A DNA stretch of 64,000 nucleotides from Eledone cirrhosa (GCA_964016885.1 OZ024746.1:100006001-100070000), one strand, 5' to 3'. Shown: positions 41,686-56,065, numbered from the stretch's first letter. Made by a program: numbers and translations. Notes: generated by a model from the letters alone, not told the origin.

Positions 41686-43175
41686 GCTTTGTGGTATTTG
41701 TTCCGGTCTTCGGCTCTCTGAGTTCAAATCCGCTGTGGTCCACTTTGCTTTTCATCCTTTCAAGATAGATAAAAAAAGTACCAGTCAAATACTGGGGTAG
41801 ATTCTTCCTCTAATATCTTTTTCACGCTTCCTTTCTCTCACTCGCTATCATTTTCTTGAAGAATATATACACATATATATGTGTATGTGTGAATGAATAT
41901 ACTCTTTTACTCTTTTACCTGTTTCAGCCATGCTGGGATATTTCATATAGAAATATTTCTTTTATATGACAAGAACTCTTTCATATATATATATACATAC
42001 ATATATATGAAGGTCAACTTTGTCTTTCATCCATTCAAGGTCGATAAAAAAAAGTACCAGTCTAGTATAGAGGTAGATTCTACCTCTATATCTCTTTCTT
42101 ACTTCCACTCTCTCTCTCTCTCTCTTTATCATTCTCTGGAAAAGTTCTGTTGTATTCAGATTTGGAGAGGAGATGGGTTCTGTTAGGTATTTAAACATGC
42201 CCTGGAAACGCTGTATATTAATATGCCGGCCCTACAACTTCCTCGGGAGTTACAGGACAAATAGAAAAGAGAGAGAGATAATGTTTGATATACTAAAAAC
42301 CAGGCTAGTTTCATCAAAGAGTCGCTACAAGAAAAATCCCATTATAACGAATACCATTATAACAAATTTATCAGTACAACAACATTTTTTTTCCAATCCC
42401 CGAGGTGGTAACAAACAAATGCTTGATTTGTTTCGGTCGATCTCATTATAAAGAATTTTTCATTACAACAAATTTTTTTATGCCCCCTCACCGAATTTCA
42501 CTGTAGTAGAGGCATTTGTATGAACAATACGGATGGACTGAGATCGAAATGAAGATAAAACAGTTTGTAGCTATTTTTATCTTTTATTATTATTAATGAG
42601 AATTGATTTTGTCAAAGCATCATAATACAAATGATTAATCTAACTTGCAGAAATGGCGTTAGAATTATGACAAGTCATTTGTATTTTGTGTAATTGTGTT
42701 GTTCTTTTATAATATGCTGTGCAGTAATTTTAAGAAAAGAAGATGGAAAATCATCCATTCAATTTACGAGGACAATTGTAGGTTAATATGATGTTTTGGA
42801 AGGTAGAACCACAATATAAATAAATTATAACTGTTGTTCATCTAGAAAGTAAGAGAGAGGGGGTGGGAAAGAGAGAGAGAGAGGGGGAGGGAGGGAGAGA
42901 GGGAGGGAGAGAGAGAGGGAGAGAGTGGGTGGAAGGTTTCAAATGAAGATCAGTAGAAATGATAGAGGACTTAATGCAGTATATATATATATATATATAT
43001 ATTAAGAATAACATGGCGAAGTTTCACACAAATGTTTTTATTGATCAAAACCAGTTACAGATGTTTCATAGATGATTGGCTGAAGGTTCATATTTGTGTT
43101 ATAGTCCTGACTCCAGCATCAATTTGCTAATCAGACTTCTTAATTTAACAAAAAAAAACGAAATTTCATCTATAT

Positions 43176-43246
<71 letters not shown>

Positions 43247-43439
43247 AGGTGAGTAATATTGTAGAACAATAAAACTATGCATATATCAGATAAGTAGCAC
43301 TCAACAATTGGTAGAACTGGAGTATATATGATAAAGAAGAAATTAAAAGATGGTTAAAAGTAGACTTACCACTTTCCTGTAAACAAGTGCTATTATGCCT
43401 CATATCATGTTACCTTATTTTATTTGATAGAGAACACAC

Positions 43440-44284
43440 CACCACACTCTACCGATACTGCCAATCCACCACCCTAGCATGGTGTCCGACCCTCTACCGA
43501 TACTACCAATCCACCACCCTAGCATGGTGTCCGACCCTCTACCGATACTGCCAATCCACCACCCTAGCATGGTGTCCGACCCTCTACCGATACTGCCAAT
43601 CCACCACCCCAGTATGGTGTCCGACCCTCTACCTATACTGCCAATCCACCACCCTAGCATGGTGTCCGACCCTCTACCGATACTGCCAAGCCACCACCCC
43701 AGTATGGTGTCCGACCCTCTACCGATACTGCCAATCCACCACCCTAGCATGGTGTCCGACCCTCTACCGATACTGCCAATCCACCACCCTAGCATGGTAT
43801 CCGACCCTCTACCGATACTACCAATCCACCACCCTAGCATGGTGTCCCACCCTCTACCGATACTACCAATCCACCACCCTAGCATGGTGTCCGACCCTCT
43901 ACCGATACTGCCAATCCACCACCCCAGTATGGTGTCCGACCCTCTACCAATACTACCAATCCACCACCCTAGCATGGTGTCCGACCCTCTACCAATACTA
44001 CCAATCCACCACCCTAGCATGGTGTCCGACCCTCTACCAATACTACCAATCCACCACCCTAGCATGGTGTCCTACCCTCTACCGACACTACCAATCCACC
44101 ACCCTAGCATGGTGTCCCACCCTCTACCGATACTACCAATCCACCACCCTAGCATGGTATCCGACCCTCTACCGACACTACCAATCCACCACCCTAGCAT
44201 GGTGTCCCACCCTCTACCGATACTACCAATCCACCACCCTAGCATGGTATCCGACCCTCTACCGACACTACCAATCCACCACCC
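43440..44284. repeat. 45-bp minisatellite (about 19 copies), same SINE-head unit
   Basis: Unit CATGGTGTCCGACCCTCTACCGATACTRCCAATCCACCACCCTAG. Confidence 0.95.
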
Positions 44285-45921
44285 TTTAGTCGTGAAAATA
44301 ATGAACTGCGAAATGTGGATTGGCAGTATCGGTCGAGGGTCGGACACCATGCTTTGCAACAAAGAGTTATGGCCCTTTATGGTCTGAGTTCAAATCCCGC
44401 CAAGGTTATATATATACATGTCTACGCTAAAAAGATGATTATATTGGTTAGAACAAGAACAACTAAGTGAGAAGAGACATGCATCAGATGGAGAAATTAG
44501 AACTCAGGAGAATCCCACAAAGCGAGGATCCTGAAATTTGCAGGAACAGCAAATTCAATATATCCCATCTTAATAAATACACAAGGAATGGTCGAAAGCA
44601 CTGACTAGAAATGGAGAAATATTATATAAAGAAATTCAGTCGGACTCTCTTTGTAGTCGAGACAGACTGTACCCCTATAGGTTCTCAAAGTGGGCGCTAC
44701 TGCCCCCCAGGGGTGTTGGGAAGGTCCAGGAAGGCGCTGGGGCTTAAAGTAGTGGGGACATAGAGATGATATTAAAATCAAAGGATACATATTATATATA
44801 AATATAGTAAAATATATAATATTTATTTATACATAGTATATATTATATTATTTATTATATATAAATTAACGTTTTTATATATTATATATTATTTACAATT
44901 TACGTGTAGACAGTCTCTCTGGAATAGGGTTGGGGGGTGCTGAGGGTATTTTTTGTTTTGCAGTTCATTTCGTCATTTATTAAGGAACTCCGTTTTGACT
45001 ATGCTTTTGATAATTAAAAGTCTAAGTCTAGAGATTGTCCTAAGCCCGGAAGGTCGTTAGTCCAGTGCTTATGCCGATTTCCTTGGCGTTAAGCGACTGT
45101 GAATACAAGACACGACGCCATTCCCTCGTTTGGGAACTGGACTCTCTTTAAGTGCTCACAGCCTTCCGCCAACTGGGCACTGTGATCGGTGGTATATCCT
45201 CTTAGATGTTCTATAAAGGATTGTTGGAGTTGAAAAGGGACGATGTTCTTGGTGAGGGTCTGGGTCTCAACGATAGTCAGCTACCCTTTGCCAGAAACCC
45301 CTGACATGATAGAGGCTATCGGGGATCATTGCCAGTTCGAGATAAACACTACAGGCCTGAAGAGAAAATTCAGTGTGGAGGGGAAATGTGACATTCCAGC
45401 TAGTTTTTTTTTAAAGTGGATGAGAATGACGAGCATGTTGGGAGTGAAGGGGCCTACTTTCAGTATACACCTATAGAGGAGAACAACTGGGAGGGGACGT
45501 TTGTCATAGCGGTCACTGTGGCCTTGACGTTTTATGGCCTCCCTCTACAAATAACATCCGGAAGTTCCCTTCTTATAGAAGAATTTTCTTTTGTTTGAAT
45601 GTTTTTACGTAGTTGTATTATCTCAATTTACACGAAAAATAAAACACACTGTATCGTCAAGTGCCGACTTGTGCCGTGCAGCTAACAAAGAGTTACGACC
45701 CTTGCCATTCTGAGTTAAAATCCCGCCGAGGTTAACTTTGCCTTTAATCCTTACGGGGTCGATAACATAAAGTACCAGTAATGTACTGAGTAATTGCTGG
45801 CCTTGTGCCAAAAGTAGAAACAGTTATTATTATAAACAGTAGTCGGGTCAAGTAAATTGCTGTTAGTTAACGCACTGCTCTTTTAACTATATTTAGTGAA
45901 AGGAAAAAGACGAGTACTTAC

Positions 45922-46017
45922 GTATATTATGCCATTGTTAAATCTATCTTTAAGGACCTGTTGTATATTTTCAATTTCAAAGTTCTCAAGTTTGATTAAA
46001 TTATTAATTTCATTCAT
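45922..46017 (-). CDS. Myosin motor-domain gene, first coding exon (MNEINNLIKLENFEIENIQQVLKDRFNNGIIY)
   Basis: Manual translation matches the start of a myosin head (xxL..LE......I...L..R.....IY). CAAC-ATG context at 46017, GTAAGT donor at 45921-45916, upstream ttttcacAG acceptor at 46045-46044. Phase 0 joins the next exon. Confidence 0.85.
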
Positions 46018-46470
46018 GTTGAAAATGTCGTTACATTCACTTACTGTGAAAATTTATCGAAAATAGATAGTAAAGGTTCCAAATCTTCAAAAAAAAGGTA
46101 GTTACGATATCATATTTATTGAATTCATCGTTTATCTAGTCTTTTTTCTTTGTTATTTGATTTTGTATATTTTCCTGTGTCCCGCACACTTGCATTTCTA
46201 ATACTTATAATTTGTAACCTCTAGTCGTAATAAACCTCACAATTTATATAGTCTGCTCTCCACTCCCCCCATTCCTCTTCACATTTCAGTAGGTTTTAAC
46301 AAATATATCATGAGCAATTTTCATTGACAATGTTCTGTATGTAACACACCCAAATATATTACGTTGAATATCCACTCAAATCGTTTGGTTAAGACGGATG
46401 TCAACTCTAGCATAGCATGTAAGACTTGCTTTTCGAGCAGGGTAAAATAATTTCTACTTTATTCAACAAT

Positions 46471-46548
46471 ACTTACTCTATATACTTGATTATAAGTTGA
46501 CCTTATTTTATGTGAGAGAGATAGGTGAAAGCCCAAACCCTATTTATA
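46471..46548 (-). promoter_or_regulatory. Candidate TATA box and short non-coding first exon of the myosin gene
   Basis: Minus-strand TATAAATA at 46548-46541, pyrimidine-rich TCTCTCACA about 30-35 nt downstream, GTAAGT donor at 46476-46471. Splicing to the 46044 acceptor would put an in-frame TAG upstream of the ATG at 46017. Confidence 0.4.
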
Positions 46549-46732
46549 AGCCGATGCAGTTTATCAACACACTGCTTAAATGGCGTATATAAGCTGATCC
46601 CACCCTCGTCCCATTTTACCATAGATTTTTGCGGGATGACATATTCTTTGGCTTATATTCCAGTATATACATACGGTAAGTAGATTCTCTTCATTTATTC
46701 CCAGGGATATTTCAAATCCAAAGAACTAATTT

Positions 46733-49700
46733 TGGGTCGTTAAACACCTGTGTTAATACTACTATTAACAATGGGTCGTTAAACACCTGTGTTAATATTA
46801 GTACTATTAACAATGGGTCGTTAAACACCTGTGTTAATACTACTACTATTAACAATGGGTCGTTAAAGTCCTGTGTTAATACTACTACTATTAACAATGG
46901 GTCGTTAAACACCTGTGTTAATACTACTACTATTAACAATGGGTCGTTAAACTCCTGTGTTAATACTACTATTAACAATGGGTCGTTAAACACCTGTGTT
47001 AATACTACTACTATTAACAATGGGTCGTTAAACACCTGTGTTAATACTACTACTATTAACAATGAGTCGTTAAACACCTGTGTTAATACTACTACTATTA
47101 ACAATGGGTCGTTAAACTCCTGTGTTAATACTACTACTATTAACAATGGGTCGTTAAACTCCTGTGTTAATACTACTACTATTAACAATGGGTCGTTAAA
47201 CTCCTGTGTTAATACTACTACTATTAACAATGGGTCGTTAAACTCCTGTGTTAATACTACTACTATTAACAATGGGTCGTTAAACACCTGTGTTAATATT
47301 AGTACTATTAACAATGGGTCGTTAAACACCTGTGTTAATACTACTACTATTAACAATGGGTCGTTAAACTCCTGTGTTAATACTACTACTATTAACAATG
47401 GGTCGTTAAACTCCTGTGTTAATACTACTACTATTAACAATGGGTCGTTAAACACCTGTGTTAATACTACTACTATTAACAATGGGTCGTTAAACTCCTG
47501 TGTTAATACTACTATTAACAATGGGTCGTTAAACACCTGTGTTAATACTACTACTATTAACAATGGGTCGTTAAACACCTGTGTTAATACTACTACTATT
47601 AATAATGAGTCGTTAAACACCTGTGTTAATACTACTACTATTAACAATGGGTCGTTAAACTCCTGTGTTAATACTACTACTATTAACAATGGGTCGTTAA
47701 ACTCCTGTGTTAATACTACTACTATTAACAATGGGTCGTTAAACTCCTGTGTTAATACTACTACTATTAACAATGGGTCGTTAAACTCCTGTGTTAATAC
47801 TACTACTATTAACAATGGGTCGTTAAACTCCTGTGTTAATACTACTACTATTAACAATGGGTCGTTAAACTCCTGTGTTAATACTACTACTATTAACAAT
47901 GGGTCGTTAAACTCCTGTGTTAATACTACTACTATTAACAATGGGTCGTTAAACACCTGTGTTAATACTACTACTATTAACAATGGGTCGTTAAACACCT
48001 GTGTTAATATAAGTACTATTAACAATGAGTCGTTAAACACCTGTGTTAATACTACTACTATTAACAATGGGTCGTTAAACACCTGTGTTAATACTACTAC
48101 TATTAACAATGGGTCGTTAAACACCTGTGTTAATACTACTACTATTAACAATGGGTCGTTAAACACCTGTGTTAATACTACTACTATTAACAATGGGTCG
48201 TTAAACACCTGTGTTAATACTACTACTATTAACAATGGGTCGTTAAACACCTGTGTTAATACTACTACTATTAACAATGGGTCGTTAAACACCTGTGTTA
48301 ATACTACTACTATTAACAATGGGTCGTTAAACACCTGTGTTAATAATACTACTATTAACAATGGGTCGTTAAACACCTGTGTTAATAATACTACTATTAG
48401 CAATGGGTCGTTAAACACCTGTGTTAATATTAGTACTATTAACAATGGGTCGTTAAACTCCTGTGTTAATACTACTACTATTAACAATGGGTCGTTAAAC
48501 ACCTGTGTTAATACTACTACTATTAACAATGGGTCGTTAAACACCTGTGTTAATAATACTACTATTAGCAATGGGTCGTTAAACACCTGTGTTAATACTA
48601 CTACTATTAACAATGGGTCGTTAAACACCTGTGTTAATACTACTACTATTAACAATGGGTCGTTAAACACCTGTGTTAATATTAGTACTATTAACAATGG
48701 GTCGTTAAACTCCTGTGTTAATACTACTACTATTAACAATGGGTCGTTAAACACCTGTGTTAATACTAGTACTATTAACAATGGGTCGTTAAACACCTGT
48801 GTTAATAATACTACTATTAGCAATGGGTCGTTAAACACCTGTGTTAATACTAGTACTATTAACAATGGGTCGTTAAACTCCTGTGTTAATAATACTACTA
48901 TTAGCAATGGGTCGTTAAACACCTGTGTTAATACTACTACTATTAACAATGGGTCGTTAAACTCCTGTGTTAATACTACTACTATTAACACTGGGTCGTT
49001 AAACACCTGTGTTAATACTACTACTATTAACAATGGGTCGTTAAACACCTGTGTTAATACTACTACTATTAGCAATGGGTCGTTAAACACCTGTGTTAAT
49101 ACTACTACTATTAACAATGGGTCGTTAAACACCTGTGTTAATACTACTACTATTAACAATGGGTCGTTAAACTCCTGTGTTAATACTACTACTATTAACA
49201 ATGGGTCGTTAAACTCCTGTGTTAATACTACTACTATTAACACTGGGTCGTTAAACACCTGTGTTAATACTAGTACTATTAACACTGGGTCGTTAAACAC
49301 CTGTGTTAATATTAGTAGTATTAACAATGGGTCGTTAAACTCATGTGTTAATACTACTACTATTAACACTGGGTCGTTAAACACCTGTGTTAATACTACT
49401 ACTATTAACACTGGGTCGTTAAACACCTGTGTTAATACTACTACTATTAACAATGGGTCGTTAAACACCTGTGTTAATACTACTACTATTAACACTGGGT
49501 CGTTAAACACCTGTGTTAATACTACTACTATTAACAATGGGTCGTTAAACACCTGTGTTAATACTACTACTATTAACAATGGGTCGTTAAACTCCTGTGT
49601 TAATACTACTATTAACACTGGGTCGTTAAACACCTGTGTTAATACTAGTACTATTAACAATGGGTCGTTAAACTCCTGTGTTAATACTACTACTATTAAC

Positions 49701-50995
49701 AATGGGTCGTTAAACACCTGTGTTAATACTACTACTATTAACACTGGGTCGTTAAACACCTGTGTTAATACTACTACTATTAACAATGGGTCGTTAAACT
49801 CCTGTGTTAATACTACTACTATTAACAATGGGTCGTTAAACTCCTTTGTTAATACTAGTACTATTAACAATGGGTCGTAAAACACCTGTGTTAATACTAC
49901 TACTAATAACAATGGGTCGTTAAACACCTGTGTTAATACTACTACTATTAACAATGGGTCGTAAAACACCTGTGTTAATATTAGTAGTATTAACAATGGG
50001 TCGTTAAACACCTGTGTTAATACTACTACTATTAACACTGGGTCGTTAAACACCTGTGTTAATACTAGTACTATTAACAATGGGTCGTTAAACTCCTGTG
50101 TTAATACTACTACTATTAACAATGGGTCGTTAAACTCCTGTGTTAATACTACTACTATTAACAATGGGTCGTTAAACTCCTGTGTTAATACTAGTACTAT
50201 TAACAATGGGTCGTTAAACACCTGTGTTAATACTACTACTATTAACAATGGGTCGTTAAACTCCTGTGTTAATACTACTACTATTAACAATGGGTCGTTA
50301 AACACCTGTGTTAATACTACTACTATTAACAATGGGTCGTTAAACTCCTGTGTTAATACTACTACTATTAACAATGGGTCGTTAAACACCTGTGTTAATA
50401 CTACTACTATTAACAATGGGTCGTTAAACTCCTGTGTTAATACTACTACTAATAACAATGGGTCGTTAAACACCTGTGTTAATACTACTACTAATAACAA
50501 TGGGTCGTTAAACACCTGTGTTAATACTACTACTAATAACAATGGGTCGTTAAACTCCTGTGTTAATACTACTACTATTAACAATGGGTCGTTAAACTCC
50601 TGTGTTAATACTACTACTATTAACAATGGGTCGTTATCTACCTGCATTAATAATATTTTTTTCTACTTTTGGCACAAGGCCTGCAAATACCCCAGTGCGT
50701 GACTGGTACTTTATGTTATCGACCCCGTAAGGATGAAAGGCAAAGTGAACCTCGACGAAATTTGAACTCAGATCATGAAGGACCGTAACTCTATGCTGCA
50801 AAGCATGGCATCCGACCTCTACTGATACTGCCAATCACCACTATTAATATTGGGTCATTATCCACCTCTGTTAATACTAGTACTGTTAACAATGGGTCGT
50901 TAAACTCCTGTGTTAATATTAGTAATATTAACAATGGGTCGTTTAACAGCTCTGTTAATACTAGTACTGTTAATATTGGGTCGTTATACCCTTGT
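46733..50995. repeat. 42-bp minisatellite (about 93 copies to 50635, plus older diverged copies beyond a SINE at 50655-50840)
   Basis: Unit TTAAACWCCTGTGTTAATACTACTACTATTAACAATGGGTCG, with occasional loss of one ACT. Confidence 0.95.
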
Positions 50996-51561
50996 ATAAA
51001 CTTACATTCATGCACACACATACATCCCACTAAGCACACTTACACACATTCATATATCATACACTTTTTCCAGATATTACACAACGCGTATGCTCGAAAT
51101 TTTAACGTATTTTCATTTAACTTAAATCTGCCATCCTAACAAGTCATCTCTGATCGATCCTTTAAGTCCTCCACAGAGATACTCCCTTAATAAGGGGTTT
51201 TTAAACCCCAACATATTTGGGATTATTAAATTTGCGAAGATAAGATTATTTTGTTATCTTGGCAATTTTAATTTTCTAGTGCATTGTATGGTTTTCAAAA
51301 TTTGTTTCCTATTCAACAATGCTTCAAGCAAACTACAACACTCTGTTATATATATATATATATATATATAACGAAGGAAATGTGGTAAGGAACCAGGTGG
51401 ACCATAACGCACCAAAGTACTCAATACTAGAGGTAGTAGAGTGGGTAATAGGAACCAGTAAGACCCCGACAGCTGAGCTCAAGCCGTTTCGACGGCTAAT
51501 TCTGGAGTCCAGAATTAGCCGTCGAAACGGCTTGAGCTCAGCTGTCGGGGTCTTACTGGTT

Positions 51562-51599
<38 letters not shown>

Positions 51600-52043
51600 C
51601 ATACATACATACATACATACATACATACATACATACATACATACATACATAAATACATGCGTGATGGCTGCAACTCGATTTCGAGTAATGCCATCACTTG
51701 ATACTTAAACATGAGCATCATGGGCGTGGCTTCTGCTAGGGACTTGCCTATGGCCAGCCATGCCATGCATCACAAAATATGTCACATATCAAGCGATGCC
51801 TGTGCTTGAAGCTTTTTTGAGTTCACATCGAATGTATTTACTCCAAAAGTAGAACTGGTCTACATCATTGGATGTAAACGAAGTGGCAGGTTTTATATCA
51901 GTGACCTTCTCCTAATGAAGGCTAGGGGTCTGACGCTCCACATTGACACATACAATGTTTCTAGGGTATTAACTGGCGGAGCCCATCTCCTAACCAGGTC
52001 TGAATATAGCAGATTTCTTCCAGAGAAGGAGAGAGAGAGGGGG

Positions 52044-52174
<131 letters not shown>

Positions 52175-52267
52175 GAAGTGAGAAAGAGATACAGAGAAAG
52201 AATCTACCCCAGTACTAAACTCGTACTTTTATATCGACCTTGAATGGTTGAAAGGCAAAGTTCACCT

Positions 52268-52350
<83 letters not shown>

Positions 52351-52354
<4 letters not shown>

Positions 52355-53090
52355 TACTTGGGGAGGGTCATATTTGTGTAATATTGCCAGAATTAATAAC
52401 AGAACACACTCACTGTTTGGTTGGTTTTCGCTTCTCGCTGTCTTTTATATCTGCGATCTAACTTACTCGGTCCTCAATGTTGCCATTGACTGACCGACGG
52501 TCAAAAATAATACAGATACAATATAGACACAAACACATATATATAGTTTACATAATTTACATAAATCTTTCGTTGCACATCTGCAACATCGTCAGTGGTG
52601 TTATATTTTTTCCTCCTGTTGTGTTGTATGTCTACGCCATCTTTTATTCAGTCTGTCTATATATTTATTTATTTATTTGCTTGTTTGTTTATTTTATTTT
52701 GTCTTCTTTGCGCATGCGTTTGCGTGTGTGTATAGTGTTACGTTTGCTGTGTGACTAGTGTGTATAGTGTTGTGTCTGCTGGGTGACTAGTGTGTGTTTA
52801 TGTGCTTGTTGTTATTGTGCTTGTGTGTGTATTTATTTATCTTATTTTATTTTATTTTATTTACTTATTTATACTTCTCTTAGGTCAGTGTTGTTTGTTT
52901 GGGTGTTGTTGTTGTTCCACTCATTCTTTCTGTTTAGCTTTGGTCTTCTAATTTCTATTTCACTGGCCTCTCTGATTTGCCTATCTGCTGGGTCATTCCT
53001 ATGTTTAGATATTATTCTAATTTCTATGTTGTCTATGTTACCGTCATGTTGTTGTCTAGCATGTTCGTATAGTACTGACCCGTTTTCATA
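52351..53090 (-). mobile_element. 5'-truncated diverged relative of the 32-37 kb PLE
   Basis: Minus-strand SVLYEHARQQHDGNIDNIEIRIISKHRNDPADRQIREA...PKLNRKNEW aligns with the endonuclease C-terminus of the 35210..36670 ORF. Shares the 3' terminus (TGACCCTCCC.AAGTATAAC) next to (TA)n. Confidence 0.8.
52560..52600 (-). ncRNA. Hammerhead core in a diverged PLE relative
   Basis: Minus strand: CA-CTGACGA-t-GTTGCA(gatg)TGCAAC-GAAA-GATT-TA-TG. Stem II covaries with the copy at 36875. Confidence 0.6.
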
Positions 53091-53105
53091 TAAAAAACCT
53101 CGCTA

Positions 53106-53171
<66 letters not shown>

Positions 53172-53172
<1 letters not shown>

Positions 53173-53650
53173 CTAGCTGAGATACCCAGCTTCGCCTGGG
53201 TAAACAGATGATAAAGACCGGTAGAAGAGAAAACAACTGCATTGGATGTGTTGTCTGGTTTACCATATGAGGTGAGACGGTGGTGTGACAAAAGAAAACA
53301 AAAATGAGTCAAAAATCTTCCACAAACACCACATTCTTTTTTTACCGTTCATGCACAATATATGAAGATTTCTAGGTGTACCCACTCGTGAATAACCTTC
53401 ATATAACTGACCATGAGTAAAAACCGATTCTCTCATATTCAATCCTACAACTTCGAGACTCTGACCATGAGGTTTAGTTATGGTCATAGCAAAACTGGCT
53501 CTAACGGGGAACTGAAGTCTTGAGAATTTGAATGGCAGCTCGGTAGAGGAAGGGATGAGAGGAATATTGGGAATAAATGCATTTTCTCCTTGATGATTGC
53601 CTCCAAGAATAGTGACCTCTAAGAGATGGTTCCTCATCCACACCTGCATT
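53172..53650 (-). mobile_element. Helitron 3' fragment (Pif1 helicase C-terminus, hairpin and CTAG end)
   Basis: ORF 53260..53649 (PFKFSRLQFPVRASFAMTI.K..GQSL...VFTHGQLY...SRV). Minus-strand ACCCAGGCGAAGCTGGGT hairpin followed by CTAG at 53201-53173. Confidence 0.85.
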
Positions 53651-53723
53651 AATCATGTCAGGTCAGGTCCAAATTTCTCAAAAGGATATTGGGAGTTCCA
53701 ATCTTGTATATTATATATATAGA

Positions 53724-54318
53724 CTAGTTAAACTACCCGTCCTTTGGACGGTTCAAGCTGCTTTCAATGTAGCTCATTAAACTAAACAAAGTAAATTTGC
53801 ATACATAGAAGAAAAACGTACTTTATGTAAACATGAAAACCTTAGGCACTATTCCAGCGAAATAATTAATATGTGAGCTCGGTGTCTTTTTTGACAACAG
53901 TAAAATCGCATCATGAAATAGAGAAGTGAAGTGAATAATAGACACTATTATGTACGAAGCATAATATTGTAAAAGTTATGACATCACTTAATGTATGAGC
54001 ATCAAGAAAGCGTACCTTTTGTTTCAAGTACAAAGAGTAAATTTAAATCCGAATGAGCCGAATTACGAAAGATAACTCTTGTCTTACTTAATCACGAAAA
54101 TTCACACAAATAACCGAAACTTTTTTAATGTCTCCAAAGGCCCCAATATCGATTTTTGAAAGCCTTTGTAGATCATGTACAGGTTTTGTGCAAGGAGAAG
54201 CTCTAAAAAATTTCAAAGAAATCGCATGAATGGTTTAGAATATATGAGCCCTCATTAAAAATTGTCCACACACACATACACACACATACAGAAAACTACA
54301 GCTTTATATATATACAGA
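53724..54318 (-). mobile_element. Probable non-autonomous Helitron-type element
   Basis: Minus-strand CCGTCCAAAGGACGG hairpin followed by CTAG at about 53751-53724. The other end is TATATAAAGCTG followed by a (TG)-rich tract. Confidence 0.5.
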
Positions 54319-54986
54319 TATAAACAATTATATATAAATGGGTGTGTGTAAACCACTGTTCAAACCAATGGAGAAACTGGCGTGATACACAAGCATCGCT
54401 GACAACGCAGAGAGAATCCCTTATGGTTGTCTCCAACCTGCTAGAAATAGCAGTCGGGTTGGTTAACATGCATGGGATGCTTTTCTTCTTCTTTGATGTT
54501 ATAAAATGAGTATGAATAAACTTTCCTGTATATACCCTTATTCCATTGGTATAATTACTTTTCGATTATCAGTTTTCATTTTTGTGTGATGTGCGAAAAC
54601 CAACCAACCAATAAACATCTCTCTGAGATGGATTCGCAATTGTGAGTTCGATTTCTGGACCGGGAGATGCGTTATGTCCTTGAGCAAGACACTTTATTTC
54701 ACGTTGCTCCTTCTACCTGGAGTTGCGACCGATAGATAGTATTAGCAATTGGAAAGACCAACGGAAACATTATTTCCTCGGTCCGAATTGACGAACATCG
54801 ATCGACTGTCGATATATATATATATAATTCAGCCTGTTGTAACTGGGTTTCAATTTTATTTTAAATACTTAAGATTGCATTAAAAATCTAAACTGATTTG
54901 TGTTTAGGTTATTTTGTAATGTTAAATCGTTGAGTTGTATTCTTGATGTCACACATTGAAAGTATAGTTATTCCTTTAAGAAGAAT

Positions 54987-55044
<58 letters not shown>

Positions 55045-55923
55045 CCGAAACCCCTGAGTCGTAGGGGCGCCGTATTGACATACGACGTTTCTTGGACATT
55101 TTAAGCCTGGTGGAGCCCACCCCTCTCCAGACCTGAGTACAGCAGATTTCTTCCAGAGAAAGATAGAAAGTGAGAGAGAGGAAATGAGGAAGAGGTATAG
55201 AAAAATTGACCTCAATAATAGACTGGTGCTTTTTTTATCGACCTCAAAAGGATGAAAGCCAAAGTTGATCTCGGCCAGATTTGAACTCAGAGAGCAGAGT
55301 GCCGGAACGAATACCTTAAGCATTCTGAACTTGAATATTCAGCGTCGAAAGCGGTGGAGATCCATTGACATTCATGTAGCTACCTCAAGCAACAAACGTT
55401 GTCTAAATACACTTACTTGACTACACGGAGCGAATTTTACTTCACTTTAGGCAGTATCGGTAGAACGTCAGACACCATACTTTGCAGCATAGAGTTATGG
55501 CCCTTTACGTTCTGAGTTCAAATCCCGCCGAGGTTAACAATGCCTTTCATCCTTACGGGGTCGATAAAATAAAGTACCAGTTATGCACTGGAGTTAATTG
55601 CTGTTGTTGTTTATATAATTGTTTCTACTTTTGGCACAAGGCCATCAATCAGCCAGTGTATTACTGGTACTTTAAGCATGAAAGGCAAAGTTAACCTCGG
55701 CGGGATTTGAACTCAGAATGTTTATATAATGTCTTCCAGGTACATCTAAACATTTCTTGGTCTGGATCAACAATTCTTTCTTTCTTTCTTTTATATTTGA
55801 ATAGTACACTAAGCATATACAAATGCCCACACGTATACACTCACACACAGACATACACACACATGCACACATACACACATATATGTGTACGTATTTATGT
55901 TTGTATATATATATATGTATTTT

Positions 55924-55968
<45 letters not shown>

Positions 55969-56003
55969 GTTATGTAATAAACAACATAAGATAAGATAAT
56001 TAT

Positions 56004-56065
56004 TTCATTTACCAGTGGTTTCTTGGAGACAGATATGTATATCTGTCTTCAGTCGTCAGAACGAA
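56004..56065 (-). ncRNA. Hammerhead ribozyme (paralogue at 20624-20684, + strand)
   Basis: Minus strand: TTCGTT-CTGACGA-cTGAAGACAGATAT(ac)ATATCTGTCTcCAa-GAAA-CCACTGG-TA-AATGAA. Confidence 0.72.

Noticed and set aside
45100-45600. Possible exon or LINE ORF fragment (likewise 16950-17470 and 60420-60840)
   Set aside because: Composition is higher in GC, but no recognisable motif or phase-compatible splice sites could be supported by eye.
46712-50647. 1311-aa ORF as a real protein-coding gene
   Set aside because: It is a 42-bp minisatellite whose unit lacks stops in that frame. Variants are mainly non-synonymous, and the start lies at a SINE junction.
53260-53649. Host PIF1 helicase gene
   Set aside because: It is intronless, truncated and degraded in motifs, and it is followed by a Helitron hairpin-CTAG terminus.
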